Shown: positions 39,890 through 48,654 of the stretch, piece after piece
How the letters are laid out: each line of letters begins with the position of its first letter
Position numbering within the stretch: the stretch's first letter is position 1
Origin: Candidatus Bathyarchaeota archaeon
GTDB taxonomy: Archaea > Thermoproteota > Bathyarchaeia > Bathyarchaeales > Bathycorpusculaceae
Length of the DNA: 64,000 nucleotides
Reading direction: 5' to 3'
NCBI GenBank assembly: GCA_963720565.1
Contig: CAVRFW010000005.1
Coordinates: 256,001 to 320,000, forward strand
Translations under genes and position numbers: made by a program
The notes under the pieces: model-generated
What the model saw: the letters and a program-made list of their open reading frames with translations, nothing else
Database searches by the model: none
Told to the model about the DNA's origin: nothing

Positions 39890-40714
39890 ATGGCAAGTTT
39901 GCAGATTGTCCTTACGTCCGCAAGAGTAATAATTTCACTGGTCTTCCTTCTTTATGCATCTTGGAGTGATTACAAAACCAGAGAAGTGTCAAACCGGGTC
40001 TGGATGTTCTTCGCACCATTAGCGCTTATGCTTTCTCTTGCAGAAATGCTTCTTTTTAACCAGGCAAAACTCTCAGGATTTGGGTTAAGCTTCGTCGTGA
40101 CAACGGTTATTGCACTGCTATTGTTCTACGCGGGAGCCTTCGGCGGAGCTGACTCAAAAGCGCTTATCTGTATCTCTCTCGCGTTGCCTTTCGCTCCAGA
40201 AGATTTGTTTACCCCTGTTCTATACGGTGGGGTTTCTCCCTTGGCTCAAAACATCTATCCATTCACAATCCTCAGCAACTCTGTTCTTGTTGCAGCTGCA
40301 AGCGCAGTTGTAATGTTGTTGCTGAACGCTAAATGGCGTCTGAACACCGGAAAAAATATTTTTGAAGGAACATTAGCATCTGAATCTATCGGAAAAAAAA
40401 TCCTCGTTTTGGCGACGGGCTATAAGATGCCTATTGTCAGGCTGCAGGAGAAATGGCATATTTATCCATTGGAAGACATTCAAGAAGAAGACAGCAAGAA
40501 CGCGCCTACCAGAAAACTAGTAGTCATGCCGCGAGATGAAGGACGGCAAGAAATAGTTGAACGTCTCTCTAGAGCAGCGGACACAGGAAAAATCGACGCT
40601 TATGTGTTAGCTACGCCAGGCTTGCCGATGCTCATATTCATAACCGTCGGATTGCTAATAGCCTTGCTTTTTGGAGATATGGTCTGGCTACTAATCCGAT
40701 GGTTCCTCGGCTAA
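39890..40714 (+). CDS. Prepilin/preflagellin peptidase (A24, FlaK/PibD-like)
   Basis: YASWSDYKTREV, FGGADSKAL (catalytic GxAD) and C-terminal TPGLPMLIFI. Confidence 0.9.
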   Translation: MASLQIVLTSARVIISLVFLLYASWSDYKTREVSNRVWMFFAPLALMLSLAEMLLFNQAKLSGFGLSFVVTTVIALLLFYAGAFGGADSKALICISLALPFAPEDLFTPVLYGGVSPLAQNIYPFTILSNSVLVAAASAVVMLLLNAKWRLNTGKNIFEGTLASESIGKKILVLATGYKMPIVRLQEKWHIYPLEDIQEEDSKNAPTRKLVVMPRDEGRQEIVERLSRAADTGKIDAYVLATPGLPMLIFITVGLLIALLFGDMVWLLIRWFLG

Positions 40715-40731
40715 AACGTAGCTACTTTAAC

Positions 40732-40941
40732 TTAGAGATTCTGCGGAACGTAGTCTTTGCTCCGCTTCGAGTAAGATATTGATGCAGCAGTCATCAAGAC
40801 CGAGCCAAACCCAAGAAACGTTAAAGCGTAGCCTCTATATGGGTAACTGAAGCTTAAACTTAGAGATACGGATTCAGTTCCCGCTGAGTAAGAATAGAAA
40901 AACGAACTTGCTACGAACAATACTATCGCTGTTAGTAGCAA
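40732..40941 (-). CDS. Small two-TM membrane protein (start uncertain)
   Basis: Two hydrophobic segments flanking YPYRGYA, followed by a basic tail. Confidence 0.5.
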   Translation of the reverse strand: MLLTAIVLFVASSFFYSYSAGTESVSLSLSFSYPYRGYALTFLGFGSVLMTAASISYSKRSKDYVPQNL

Positions 40942-41054
40942 ACAGATTTCAGCTTTGAACTTCGAATCAACCCTCTCCTACTTCAGATTACACCAAGTTC
41001 TTGAAGAGTCTGAGATTATAATCGCAAAGGTTATTTTAGCTTTGCGGAGAATAG

Positions 41055-42167
41055 GTGACAGGGAGCTTTCCAACGATGAAAATGACTTGCAAGAGTGAAT
41101 TGTTGAATTTTCTGGAAGAAAGCAATGGAAGAAGAGTTGTGGTTATGCCCGATTTTTTCCTCGACAGGATAATCAGCCTAGATTGTGATGTGACAAAGTT
41201 TTCCTCGATGCTTTCAGGCGTGGCTACTCGAAAGGGCGGAAGCATAGACGGTATCCCACAAGTAGACGTCATTGGGGGGAACGCTGTCAACACGGCCTCA
41301 GCTTTGGCAGCGCTGGGAGCAAAAGTTACTCCGATTATTTGCACTGGCAAGCTTGGATTACAGCAGATAAAACTCCTTCTTGGGCAATATAACGGTGATT
41401 GTTCTCACGTCAAGATTGTTGAAAAAACATCCGTAACAACGGCACTGGAATTCGATACCGGAAACGAAAAAAAGAATGTAATGCTCAGAGATGTAGGTAG
41501 CCTATCTAACTTCGGTCCTTCTGATCTAAACGACAGCGATTACGAGTTGATTGAAAACGCGGATTATGTTTGCCTCTTTAACTGGGCAGGAACAAGAAAA
41601 TTCGGCACAAAACTAGCTGAAACCGTTTTCAGCAGAACAAAAACAAAAGGGAAAGGCAAGACCTACTTCGACACTGCAGACCCAACCCCTAACAGAGAAA
41701 AGATTCCTGAGTTAATGGAAACTGTATTAAAAAAACGGCAAGTAGACATTTTAAGTTTGAACGAGAACGAGGCAATCAGCTACGGAACCCTGCTGGACGA
41801 TGAAATAGCGAAACCGCGTGAAAAAACACAACTTGAAACGTTGGCGATGGACGCTGCCAGAGTCTTAGCCAAACGCTTGTCAGCCAGAATTGACTTGCAC
41901 ACCACTGCTTTCTCGGTTACGTTCACAAGAAAACAAGAGATTACTGTTCCTGCATTTAGGATTAAACCATTAAGGGCTACAGGCGCAGGTGACGCTTGGA
42001 ACGCGGGAAATATTTTGGGCGATGGAAGTGGTCTTTCAGACGAAGCCAGATTAACTCTAGCTAATGCGGTTTCCGCATGCTACTTAACTGATCCTCACGG
42101 CCTGCACCCCACAAGAGAGAATCTAACCCGGTTCATACAGAAATGTGAACTAACGCCCGCCAAATGA
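41055..42167 (+). CDS. PfkB-family carbohydrate kinase
   Basis: GGNAVNTA..LAALG, LNENEA and ATGAGDAWNAG. Confidence 0.9.
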   Translation: MTGSFPTMKMTCKSELLNFLEESNGRRVVVMPDFFLDRIISLDCDVTKFSSMLSGVATRKGGSIDGIPQVDVIGGNAVNTASALAALGAKVTPIICTGKLGLQQIKLLLGQYNGDCSHVKIVEKTSVTTALEFDTGNEKKNVMLRDVGSLSNFGPSDLNDSDYELIENADYVCLFNWAGTRKFGTKLAETVFSRTKTKGKGKTYFDTADPTPNREKIPELMETVLKKRQVDILSLNENEAISYGTLLDDEIAKPREKTQLETLAMDAARVLAKRLSARIDLHTTAFSVTFTRKQEITVPAFRIKPLRATGAGDAWNAGNILGDGSGLSDEARLTLANAVSACYLTDPHGLHPTRENLTRFIQKCELTPAK

Positions 42168-42259
42168 AGAAGTAAGTGGCAAAATGTTTTCCTGAGTCGT
42201 AAAAATCAAAGATAAATAGTTGTACTGCACATTCTGTAAGAATGTATGGAGGATAAAAG

Positions 42260-42682
42260 TTGTCTGTAGCTCAGAGGAAGTTCTTCACCGAAGTTGCAGC
42301 GTTGGCAGAAAAAACCGTCATTGTTACAACTACAGCGGGAAAAACGTTCACAGGTACTCTCGTTGGAATTAATCCTGACAATCTAAGCCTTTGCATGGCT
42401 GAGGCAAAGGACGAGACTGGAAAAGTTTCACACAGGGTTTTCCTGAGCGGAAACGTTATCGCCCAAATATCCAGCACAGAGAAGCCATTCGACCTGAAAG
42501 CATTGGCAAATCGCTTGGAAAAAGTCTTCCCGACGATGGTTAAGCTGTACGAAGACAAAGGGTTCATATGGGTTATGGAAAAAGTCAAGCTCACGGAAAG
42601 AGGTGTTGCAGAAGGTTCTGGTCCTGCTGCTGAACGTGTGCAAAGAGTTTACGAACAGTTCATAAGTGAAGCAAAAAGCTAG
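42260..42682 (+). CDS. Lsm/Sm-like protein with C-terminal extension (SmAP3 type)
   Basis: Sm fold (GKTFTGTLVG...NLSL...A, VFLSG) plus a C-terminal domain ending GSGPAAERV. Confidence 0.8.
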   Translation: MSVAQRKFFTEVAALAEKTVIVTTTAGKTFTGTLVGINPDNLSLCMAEAKDETGKVSHRVFLSGNVIAQISSTEKPFDLKALANRLEKVFPTMVKLYEDKGFIWVMEKVKLTERGVAEGSGPAAERVQRVYEQFISEAKS

Positions 42683-43431
42683 ATAAACCAGCGCATCTGC
42701 TCTTCTTCCTTCTTCTTTTCCTCAACTATATTTCTAATCAGTCCGAAAGACTCAAGAGTTCTTTTTGTCTCATCCGCGACAGTGTCCAGCTTGGACACAT
42801 CGATGGTCAAATTCAAATACTTGCCAAGAGCCGCCAAGGCATGACGCGTGGCGTTCGCGTCTGGATACATACCCAGTGTGTCAACCAGCAGAGCAAAACC
42901 TCGGAAGTTTCTCAGTTTGCCTAATCCAACAAGGAGCCCAGCAATTCCAAATATGTGTCCCACCATTATTTTAGTTCCCAAGTCCAAAGCTTCCTTCAAT
43001 GACTCGGGATCTGTCGCAGCACTGTAGATAGCTGGGATAGGCTGAACTTCATCTTTCTTAAAACCGCCAATAGATATTATGGAGCGGCAACCGAGTTCCT
43101 GCACAATGTCAAGTATTTTTCCACATAACTCGTACTGCCCAAAAGTTGTCAAAGCCTGACTATTTCCATGCCAAATTATCAAGTCGCGACCCCCATCCTC
43201 CCTTTTCCAGTAGTACAACTCATTTACTGGCGAACTAATGCCTCCTCCATCCGTTGTCGCCGCAAAATCTTGGAAGGAAGCAGAAACAATTTCGGCGAAA
43301 CGCTTTGCCTTTAATTCCTTTATCAGATGCAGCGTTGCGATATTTGCTACAAACCCTATTCCAGGTAACCCCTCGATTAGAATCGGATCGTTGAGCTGTG
43401 GCTTTTCATGTATTTCTATCGTGCAAACCAT
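42679..43431 (-). CDS. PAC2-family proteasome assembly chaperone
   Basis: LIEGLPGIGFVANIA, GQYEL, SIGG and G.IFGIAGLL. Confidence 0.88.
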   Translation of the reverse strand: MVCTIEIHEKPQLNDPILIEGLPGIGFVANIATLHLIKELKAKRFAEIVSASFQDFAATTDGGGISSPVNELYYWKREDGGRDLIIWHGNSQALTTFGQYELCGKILDIVQELGCRSIISIGGFKKDEVQPIPAIYSAATDPESLKEALDLGTKIMVGHIFGIAGLLVGLGKLRNFRGFALLVDTLGMYPDANATRHALAALGKYLNLTIDVSKLDTVADETKRTLESFGLIRNIVEEKKKEEEQMRWFI

Positions 43432-43649
43432 GGTTTAGCCCCTTTGAGTCAAGAATGGTAATAGCGAAAACATGTCATATAAGGGTGTCGAGACAGAGCT
43501 CAGGTCACCGTTTATGTCAACAAAACTTTCCAAGAGAAATTATCACTAGGCACATCGACGCGCAAAGCATCGATACACTCAGGGATTAGGGTCACAAAGA
43601 GGCTAGTGTTTTTTATAATCGTCTCAGCAGATTTGTTAAAGATTCACTA

Positions 43650-45275
43650 ATGAGTTTCGAAATTAAGGAAAAAGATCTGCTCGGGCGCATTGGAAAACTC
43701 AAGACCAAGAGCGGCGTTATCGAGACTCCGCTGTTGTTTCCCGTGATAAACCCGAGTATTCAGCCTATACCGCCCAAACGACTGAAGGACGAGTTCGGTT
43801 TTGAAGCTGTGATAACAAATGCTTACATTCTCAAAAAACGCTTCCAAGACAAGCCCTGTACGGTAGGTCTGCACAACTTCCTTGGTTTTGATGGTGCTAT
43901 AATGACTGATTCGGGTGCTTACCAAATTCTCGTTTATGGCAACGTGGATGTAAACCAAGCAGAGATAGTGAAGTACCAAGAGCAGATAGGCAGCGACATT
44001 GCAACAATACTAGATATCCCAACAGGTTGGCAAGTCACGCTGGAACAGGCAGAGGAAACGGTCTTAGAAACCCTGAAGAGGGCTAAAGCCTTCTTCAAAC
44101 TAAAAACTCGAGACGACATTCTCTGGGTTGGTCCAGTCCAAGGCGGGAGGCACATAGACCTAGTTAAGAAATCCGCTTGCGCAATGGGAAAGCTGCCCTT
44201 CCAAATCCACGCACTGGGCAGCCCAACAGAAGTCATGGAAAACTACCGCTACGACGTACTAGTAGACATGATTGCTACAGCAAAAATGAATCTGCCACTA
44301 GAGCGTCCGCTGCACCTTTTCGGTGCAGGACACCCAACAATGTTCGCTTTGGCCGTGGCTATGGGTTGCGACCTATTCGATTCAGCTGCCTACGCTTTGT
44401 ACGCTCGAGAAGGCCGTTACATGACAGAAAACGGCACATGGAGACTTGGTGAACTAGACTATTTACCTTGCCAATGTCCAAAATGCGCAAGCACAACGCC
44501 AAAAGCAGTTCTCGAGATGCCCCAGAAAGAGAAGGTGACTTTTCTAGCAGAACACAATCTTCACGTCTGCAATGCAGAGCTACGACGCATAAAACAAGCC
44601 ATAAAGGACGGCAGACTCTGGGAACACGTGGAAATGAGGGCACACGCACATCCTGCATTGTTCACAGCTCTGAAGAAAATAGGGAACTACGGAAATTTCC
44701 TTGAAAAGCACAGTCCAACAGTCAAGAGAAGCGGGGTTTTCTTCTTCGATTCAATTGGATTAGCTCGTCCCGAAGTTGCCCACTTCAGAAATCGACTAAA
44801 GCAACGCTACTCGCCGCCGAAAACCGCAAAAATTCTGTTGCTCGTCCCTCAAACTAGAAAAAAGCCTTTCCACAAAGCTCAAGAATTTAGCAAGATTAAA
44901 CAGGTCTTAAGACACCTGGACAAAAAAATTTCAGCCAAGATTCACGTATGCTTCTACGCTGCTCCATTTGGCTTGATTCCCATAGAGCTTGACGAGGTCT
45001 ACCCACTCTCACAGCATGAGACTGCCTCGCCACTTGACCATGAAACCAGAGAATACGTTGCAAATCAAGTATCCGACTACATAGATAGAACGCAATATGA
45101 GACTGTAGTTCTCCTTCAAGACGAACAACAATGGAGTGACATTGTCAAACGACTCTGCAGAAAGGTATGCCGAGAAAATGGCATAGGCTTCAAACACATA
45201 AACGTCAAAGCTGAAGGAACCAAAACAATTTTAACTCGACTAGAGATGACTCTGCAGAAATGCATGAGTGAATAA
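43650..45275 (+). CDS. tgtA: Archaeosine tRNA-guanine(15) transglycosylase
   Basis: ETPLLFPV, MTDSGAYQ, PVQGG, HLFGAGHP, DLFDSAAY and Zn site C.C..C...HN; no C-terminal PUA domain. Confidence 0.93.
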   Translation: MSFEIKEKDLLGRIGKLKTKSGVIETPLLFPVINPSIQPIPPKRLKDEFGFEAVITNAYILKKRFQDKPCTVGLHNFLGFDGAIMTDSGAYQILVYGNVDVNQAEIVKYQEQIGSDIATILDIPTGWQVTLEQAEETVLETLKRAKAFFKLKTRDDILWVGPVQGGRHIDLVKKSACAMGKLPFQIHALGSPTEVMENYRYDVLVDMIATAKMNLPLERPLHLFGAGHPTMFALAVAMGCDLFDSAAYALYAREGRYMTENGTWRLGELDYLPCQCPKCASTTPKAVLEMPQKEKVTFLAEHNLHVCNAELRRIKQAIKDGRLWEHVEMRAHAHPALFTALKKIGNYGNFLEKHSPTVKRSGVFFFDSIGLARPEVAHFRNRLKQRYSPPKTAKILLLVPQTRKKPFHKAQEFSKIKQVLRHLDKKISAKIHVCFYAAPFGLIPIELDEVYPLSQHETASPLDHETREYVANQVSDYIDRTQYETVVLLQDEQQWSDIVKRLCRKVCRENGIGFKHINVKAEGTKTILTRLEMTLQKCMSE

Positions 45276-45277
45276 CT

Positions 45278-45884
45278 TTGATTAAAGCGGACCTACACAT
45301 TCACACCACGTACTCGGATGATTCAACTGTAACGCCTAAGACACTCGTGGAAAGAGCTCTCCGCCCATCCTTCCGTTAAAGTTGCAGCCTTAACTGACCA
45401 TAACACTGTTCAAGGCTACCAGTCAACGCAGAAGTTGGCTTCCGTCTACCCGGATATTCTGATAATTCCAGGAGTCGAAATAAGCACTCCCCAGGGAGAC
45501 ATAGTAGTCTTGGGCACAGAGGAACTACCATCTGAACCTTGGACGGTCGAAAGTATAGTTGACTTCGCCCACGAAAATGGCAGCGTTTCCGTAGTCGCAC
45601 ATCCCTACCGCGAATACGGTATGGGCGATCTGGCAAAAAATTACAAGTTTGACGCCGTCGAAGTCCTAAACGGAGCTTCATCACCTCTCGCCAACAAGGC
45701 TGCCCAAGACCTCGCTAAACTTATGGATTTGCCCGGCGTCGCAGGTACGGATTCCCATCAGCCCGAGGACCTATTCACCGTCTGCACAGAAGTCCAAGCA
45801 GACTTAGATGTTGAGGAGATCCTTAAAGCTCTGAAAAAGGGCTTGGTAAAAGTATCCACTTTAAGAGGGTCAATACATTTTTAA
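45278..45884 (+). CDS. PHP-domain phosphoesterase, +1 frameshift near 45353
   Basis: MIKADLHIHTTYSDDS from TTG at 45278; ALTDHN, PGVEIST, VAHPY and GTDSH lie in the +1 frame. Confidence 0.85.
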
Positions 45885-45942
45885 AATAGCGCACCTGATT
45901 CTTGACTGTTCATTAACTGCTGTGCAGAAGGATTGGTCCTGA

Positions 45943-47199
45943 TTGAGGATTGGCTTTTTAGGTGGAGCACGCGAGGTCGGCAGGATAGGAATATCCGTAA
46001 AATCCGAAAAGACACAGGTTTTGCTAGATTACGGTGTGATGCTTGATCGTGAACCTGGCTTTCCCATGCATATACCGCCGAAAGAAGTAGACGCCCTAAT
46101 CCTTACTCATAGCCACCTTGACCATTCTGGGGCGCTCCCGATGTTTTACATCGAGGGCAAGCGGCCTCTGTACACTAACAAACTAAATTTGGAGTTAACC
46201 CAACTTCTAATAAGAGATTTCATTCACCTTTCCGGTTACTACCTGCCTTTTGAGTATCTTGAATTGGGAACAATGATGAGAAGCAACAAGCACTTGGATT
46301 TCGGCGAGGAAGAAAAAGTAGGAGACATGCGATTTCAGCTTCTAAACGCAGGGCATACCCCCGGAAGCGCCCATGTACTAATAGAGACAGAGGGCAAAAG
46401 GATACTTTACACTGGTGACTTCAACACCGACGAAAGCAAACTTCTCGCAGGATCCACAATGGATTACGGCGATTTGGACGCAGTGATAATAGAGAGCACC
46501 TACGCAAATGAAGACCATACGGACCGCGATGAACTCGAAAAGCGTTTTGTGGAATCGGTTACAGAAGTAGTGGAGAAAGGGGGCATCGTTCTGGTACCCG
46601 CATTCGGGGTCGGCAGGTCCCAAGAGATGGCCACAATCTTGGCTGCGCATCATTTTGAATACCCCATCGTGTTGGATGGTATGACCCGTGAAGCAAGCAG
46701 GATAATTATGAATTACAAAGAGTTTCTAAGAGACCCAAAGATATTCATGGATGCCATGCACTCTGCAGACTGGGTTGAAGGTTGGAGAGATAGGCGACGA
46801 GCACTCAAGAACCCGAGCGTTATCATCTCAACCGCCGGCATGCTAAAAGGCGGTCCCGCCTCGTTCTACCTGTCGAAAATCGGGAAGAAAGCCAACAACG
46901 CAATTTTCCTGGTTAGTTACCAAATCCCAGGGACTCCTGGCAAAGAATTATTGGACAAGGGCATCTGCACAATCGATGGAAAAGTGCGCAGAGTTAAAGC
47001 CCGCTATGAACATTTTGACTTTTCCTCTCACTGCGGCGCAAGCCAACTTAGGAACGCCTTGAGGACTATAGGTGGAAAGCCAAAAGTCTTCTCAGTTCAC
47101 GGCGCCGAAGGCAATTGTGAATTACTCGCGAATTGGGCCAAGAGTGAACTGGGCTTGGAAGCTTACGCGCCCAAAACTGGAGATTACTTCGAGGTCTAA
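45943..47199 (+). CDS. Beta-CASP metallo-beta-lactamase ribonuclease (aCPSF2-like)
   Basis: LGGAREVGR, THSHLDHSG, AGHTPGS, YTGD, ESTY, FSSH and VHG. Confidence 0.9.
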   Translation: MRIGFLGGAREVGRIGISVKSEKTQVLLDYGVMLDREPGFPMHIPPKEVDALILTHSHLDHSGALPMFYIEGKRPLYTNKLNLELTQLLIRDFIHLSGYYLPFEYLELGTMMRSNKHLDFGEEEKVGDMRFQLLNAGHTPGSAHVLIETEGKRILYTGDFNTDESKLLAGSTMDYGDLDAVIIESTYANEDHTDRDELEKRFVESVTEVVEKGGIVLVPAFGVGRSQEMATILAAHHFEYPIVLDGMTREASRIIMNYKEFLRDPKIFMDAMHSADWVEGWRDRRRALKNPSVIISTAGMLKGGPASFYLSKIGKKANNAIFLVSYQIPGTPGKELLDKGICTIDGKVRRVKARYEHFDFSSHCGASQLRNALRTIGGKPKVFSVHGAEGNCELLANWAKSELGLEAYAPKTGDYFEV

Positions 47200-47305
47200 G
47201 TATCCTGTTCTGAAAATCAACGTTTAACTCTCGGATTAAAAAGAGGGCCTTTAGTCAAACAAATCTTGGTTTGCCTTTCATAGGAAAAGGACGGGGTTTA
47301 GACAA

Positions 47306-47896
47306 TCAAGACTGAGCCTGAGCGAACCATTCTCTAAAGACATCCGGGATCTTCTGAGGGTTTTCCAGCACGTGGACGTCTTCCATACGTTCAAGTCGCC
47401 TCACATTTTCTGCGTCTTCTTTTCTAACTCTCAGCTTCATCTCTTTGCCATTGGGAAGTTTTGTGTAGACTATTTTTTCTTCATAGTCAGTGGGCACGAT
47501 ATAAACGGGCACAAAAGCTTTCAGACTCATGCTCGCTGCGTTTGTGAGCACCGTGTCGCCTATTCCGAAGGCAATTTTAGCTACTGTGTTTGACGTGCCT
47601 GGAACAATAAGGAGAAACTCGTACTTGTGCATCTGCATCCACGCAGCAAGGAAAGGCGAATTGGAGTTTAGTTCTAAGAAGACCTTCTGGAAGTTTTTCT
47701 TCAAATCCTCTTCAAGCCCGTAGAATTTCATAACAGTTTCTGCAGCCTTGGAAAGGAAAACATGGATTTCGATAGTGTTCTCGTATTCTTTTTTGACGCT
47801 TTTCATTATGTCGATAATTTCGGCGATTTTATCGCCTGCACCCGATATTCCCCAAGCAACCTTCCTCTTTTTAGCTTCAACTTTGTCGCTAGTCAC
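47306..47896 (-). CDS. afpA: Archaeal flavoprotein AfpA-like
   Basis: VAWGISGAG, NSNSPF, P.TSNTVAKIA.GI.D and PVYIVPTD. Confidence 0.8.
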   Translation of the reverse strand: MTSDKVEAKKRKVAWGISGAGDKIAEIIDIMKSVKKEYENTIEIHVFLSKAAETVMKFYGLEEDLKKNFQKVFLELNSNSPFLAAWMQMHKYEFLLIVPGTSNTVAKIAFGIGDTVLTNAASMSLKAFVPVYIVPTDYEEKIVYTKLPNGKEMKLRVRKEDAENVRRLERMEDVHVLENPQKIPDVFREWFAQAQS

Positions 47897-48494
47897 TCCC
47901 GTCTTGTCCCCCTTTGTATTTGTTGAGGTACTCTATGAATCTTTTAACTGTTTTCTTCAGACTCCTAAAGCCTTCTTCATCCTGGCGTGCGCCTTCCAGA
48001 GTGTCCTTGGTCCAAAATGTAGCTCCCAGGTTTGCGCCAAAAAACCCGCCGCTAACCGATATCATGCCGTTAAGGATGTAGAAGTTATGAATCTGCTGCA
48101 GAGCAGCTTCTTGCCCTCCTATACGATCCCCTCCGAGGGCTATTCCCATTCCAATCTTGAACTTGAAAAAATCTTTGTCTGCTGCCACAACTGCACGGCA
48201 CCTGTCCATAACGGTTTTGGTTTGCGCACTAACCCCTCCATTGTATACTGGCGTTGCAAATATTATCCCATTCGCCTCTTTCAGAAGCGCGTATAGCTCT
48301 TGCATGTCGTCTTTGAAGATGCATTCTTTCTTCTTGAGGCAGTAGTCGCAGTGTGTGCAGAAACCAATATTCTTTCCGCGGACACTCCAGAAGCGTGTCC
48401 TAACACCTTTTTCCTCCAACATCCTCAAAGCTTCTCTCAAAACATGCTCAGTAGCTTGCTGCCTTGGGCTGCAACAAATGCCAACGATATTCAT
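47889..48494 (-). CDS. Iron-sulfur flavoprotein (Isf-type flavodoxin family)
   Basis: SPR, CTHCDYC-x5-C..KDDM, ATPVY and GGQE. Confidence 0.88.
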   Translation of the reverse strand: MNIVGICCSPRQQATEHVLREALRMLEEKGVRTRFWSVRGKNIGFCTHCDYCLKKKECIFKDDMQELYALLKEANGIIFATPVYNGGVSAQTKTVMDRCRAVVAADKDFFKFKIGMGIALGGDRIGGQEAALQQIHNFYILNGMISVSGGFFGANLGATFWTKDTLEGARQDEEGFRSLKKTVKRFIEYLNKYKGGQDGSD

Positions 48495-48654
48495 AATGAT
48501 CAAAACTCAATACTCTTCTGTGGGCATTAAGCTTTCCCAAAACCAACCGTTTCAAAATTCAAGTTCTATTCTGAAAGTGTTTCTTATGCGCAGACTGCAA
48601 TGCACTTGATATCGAAACAGAAGCGGAAAAAAAATGGAAAAGAAGGTTTGTGGT

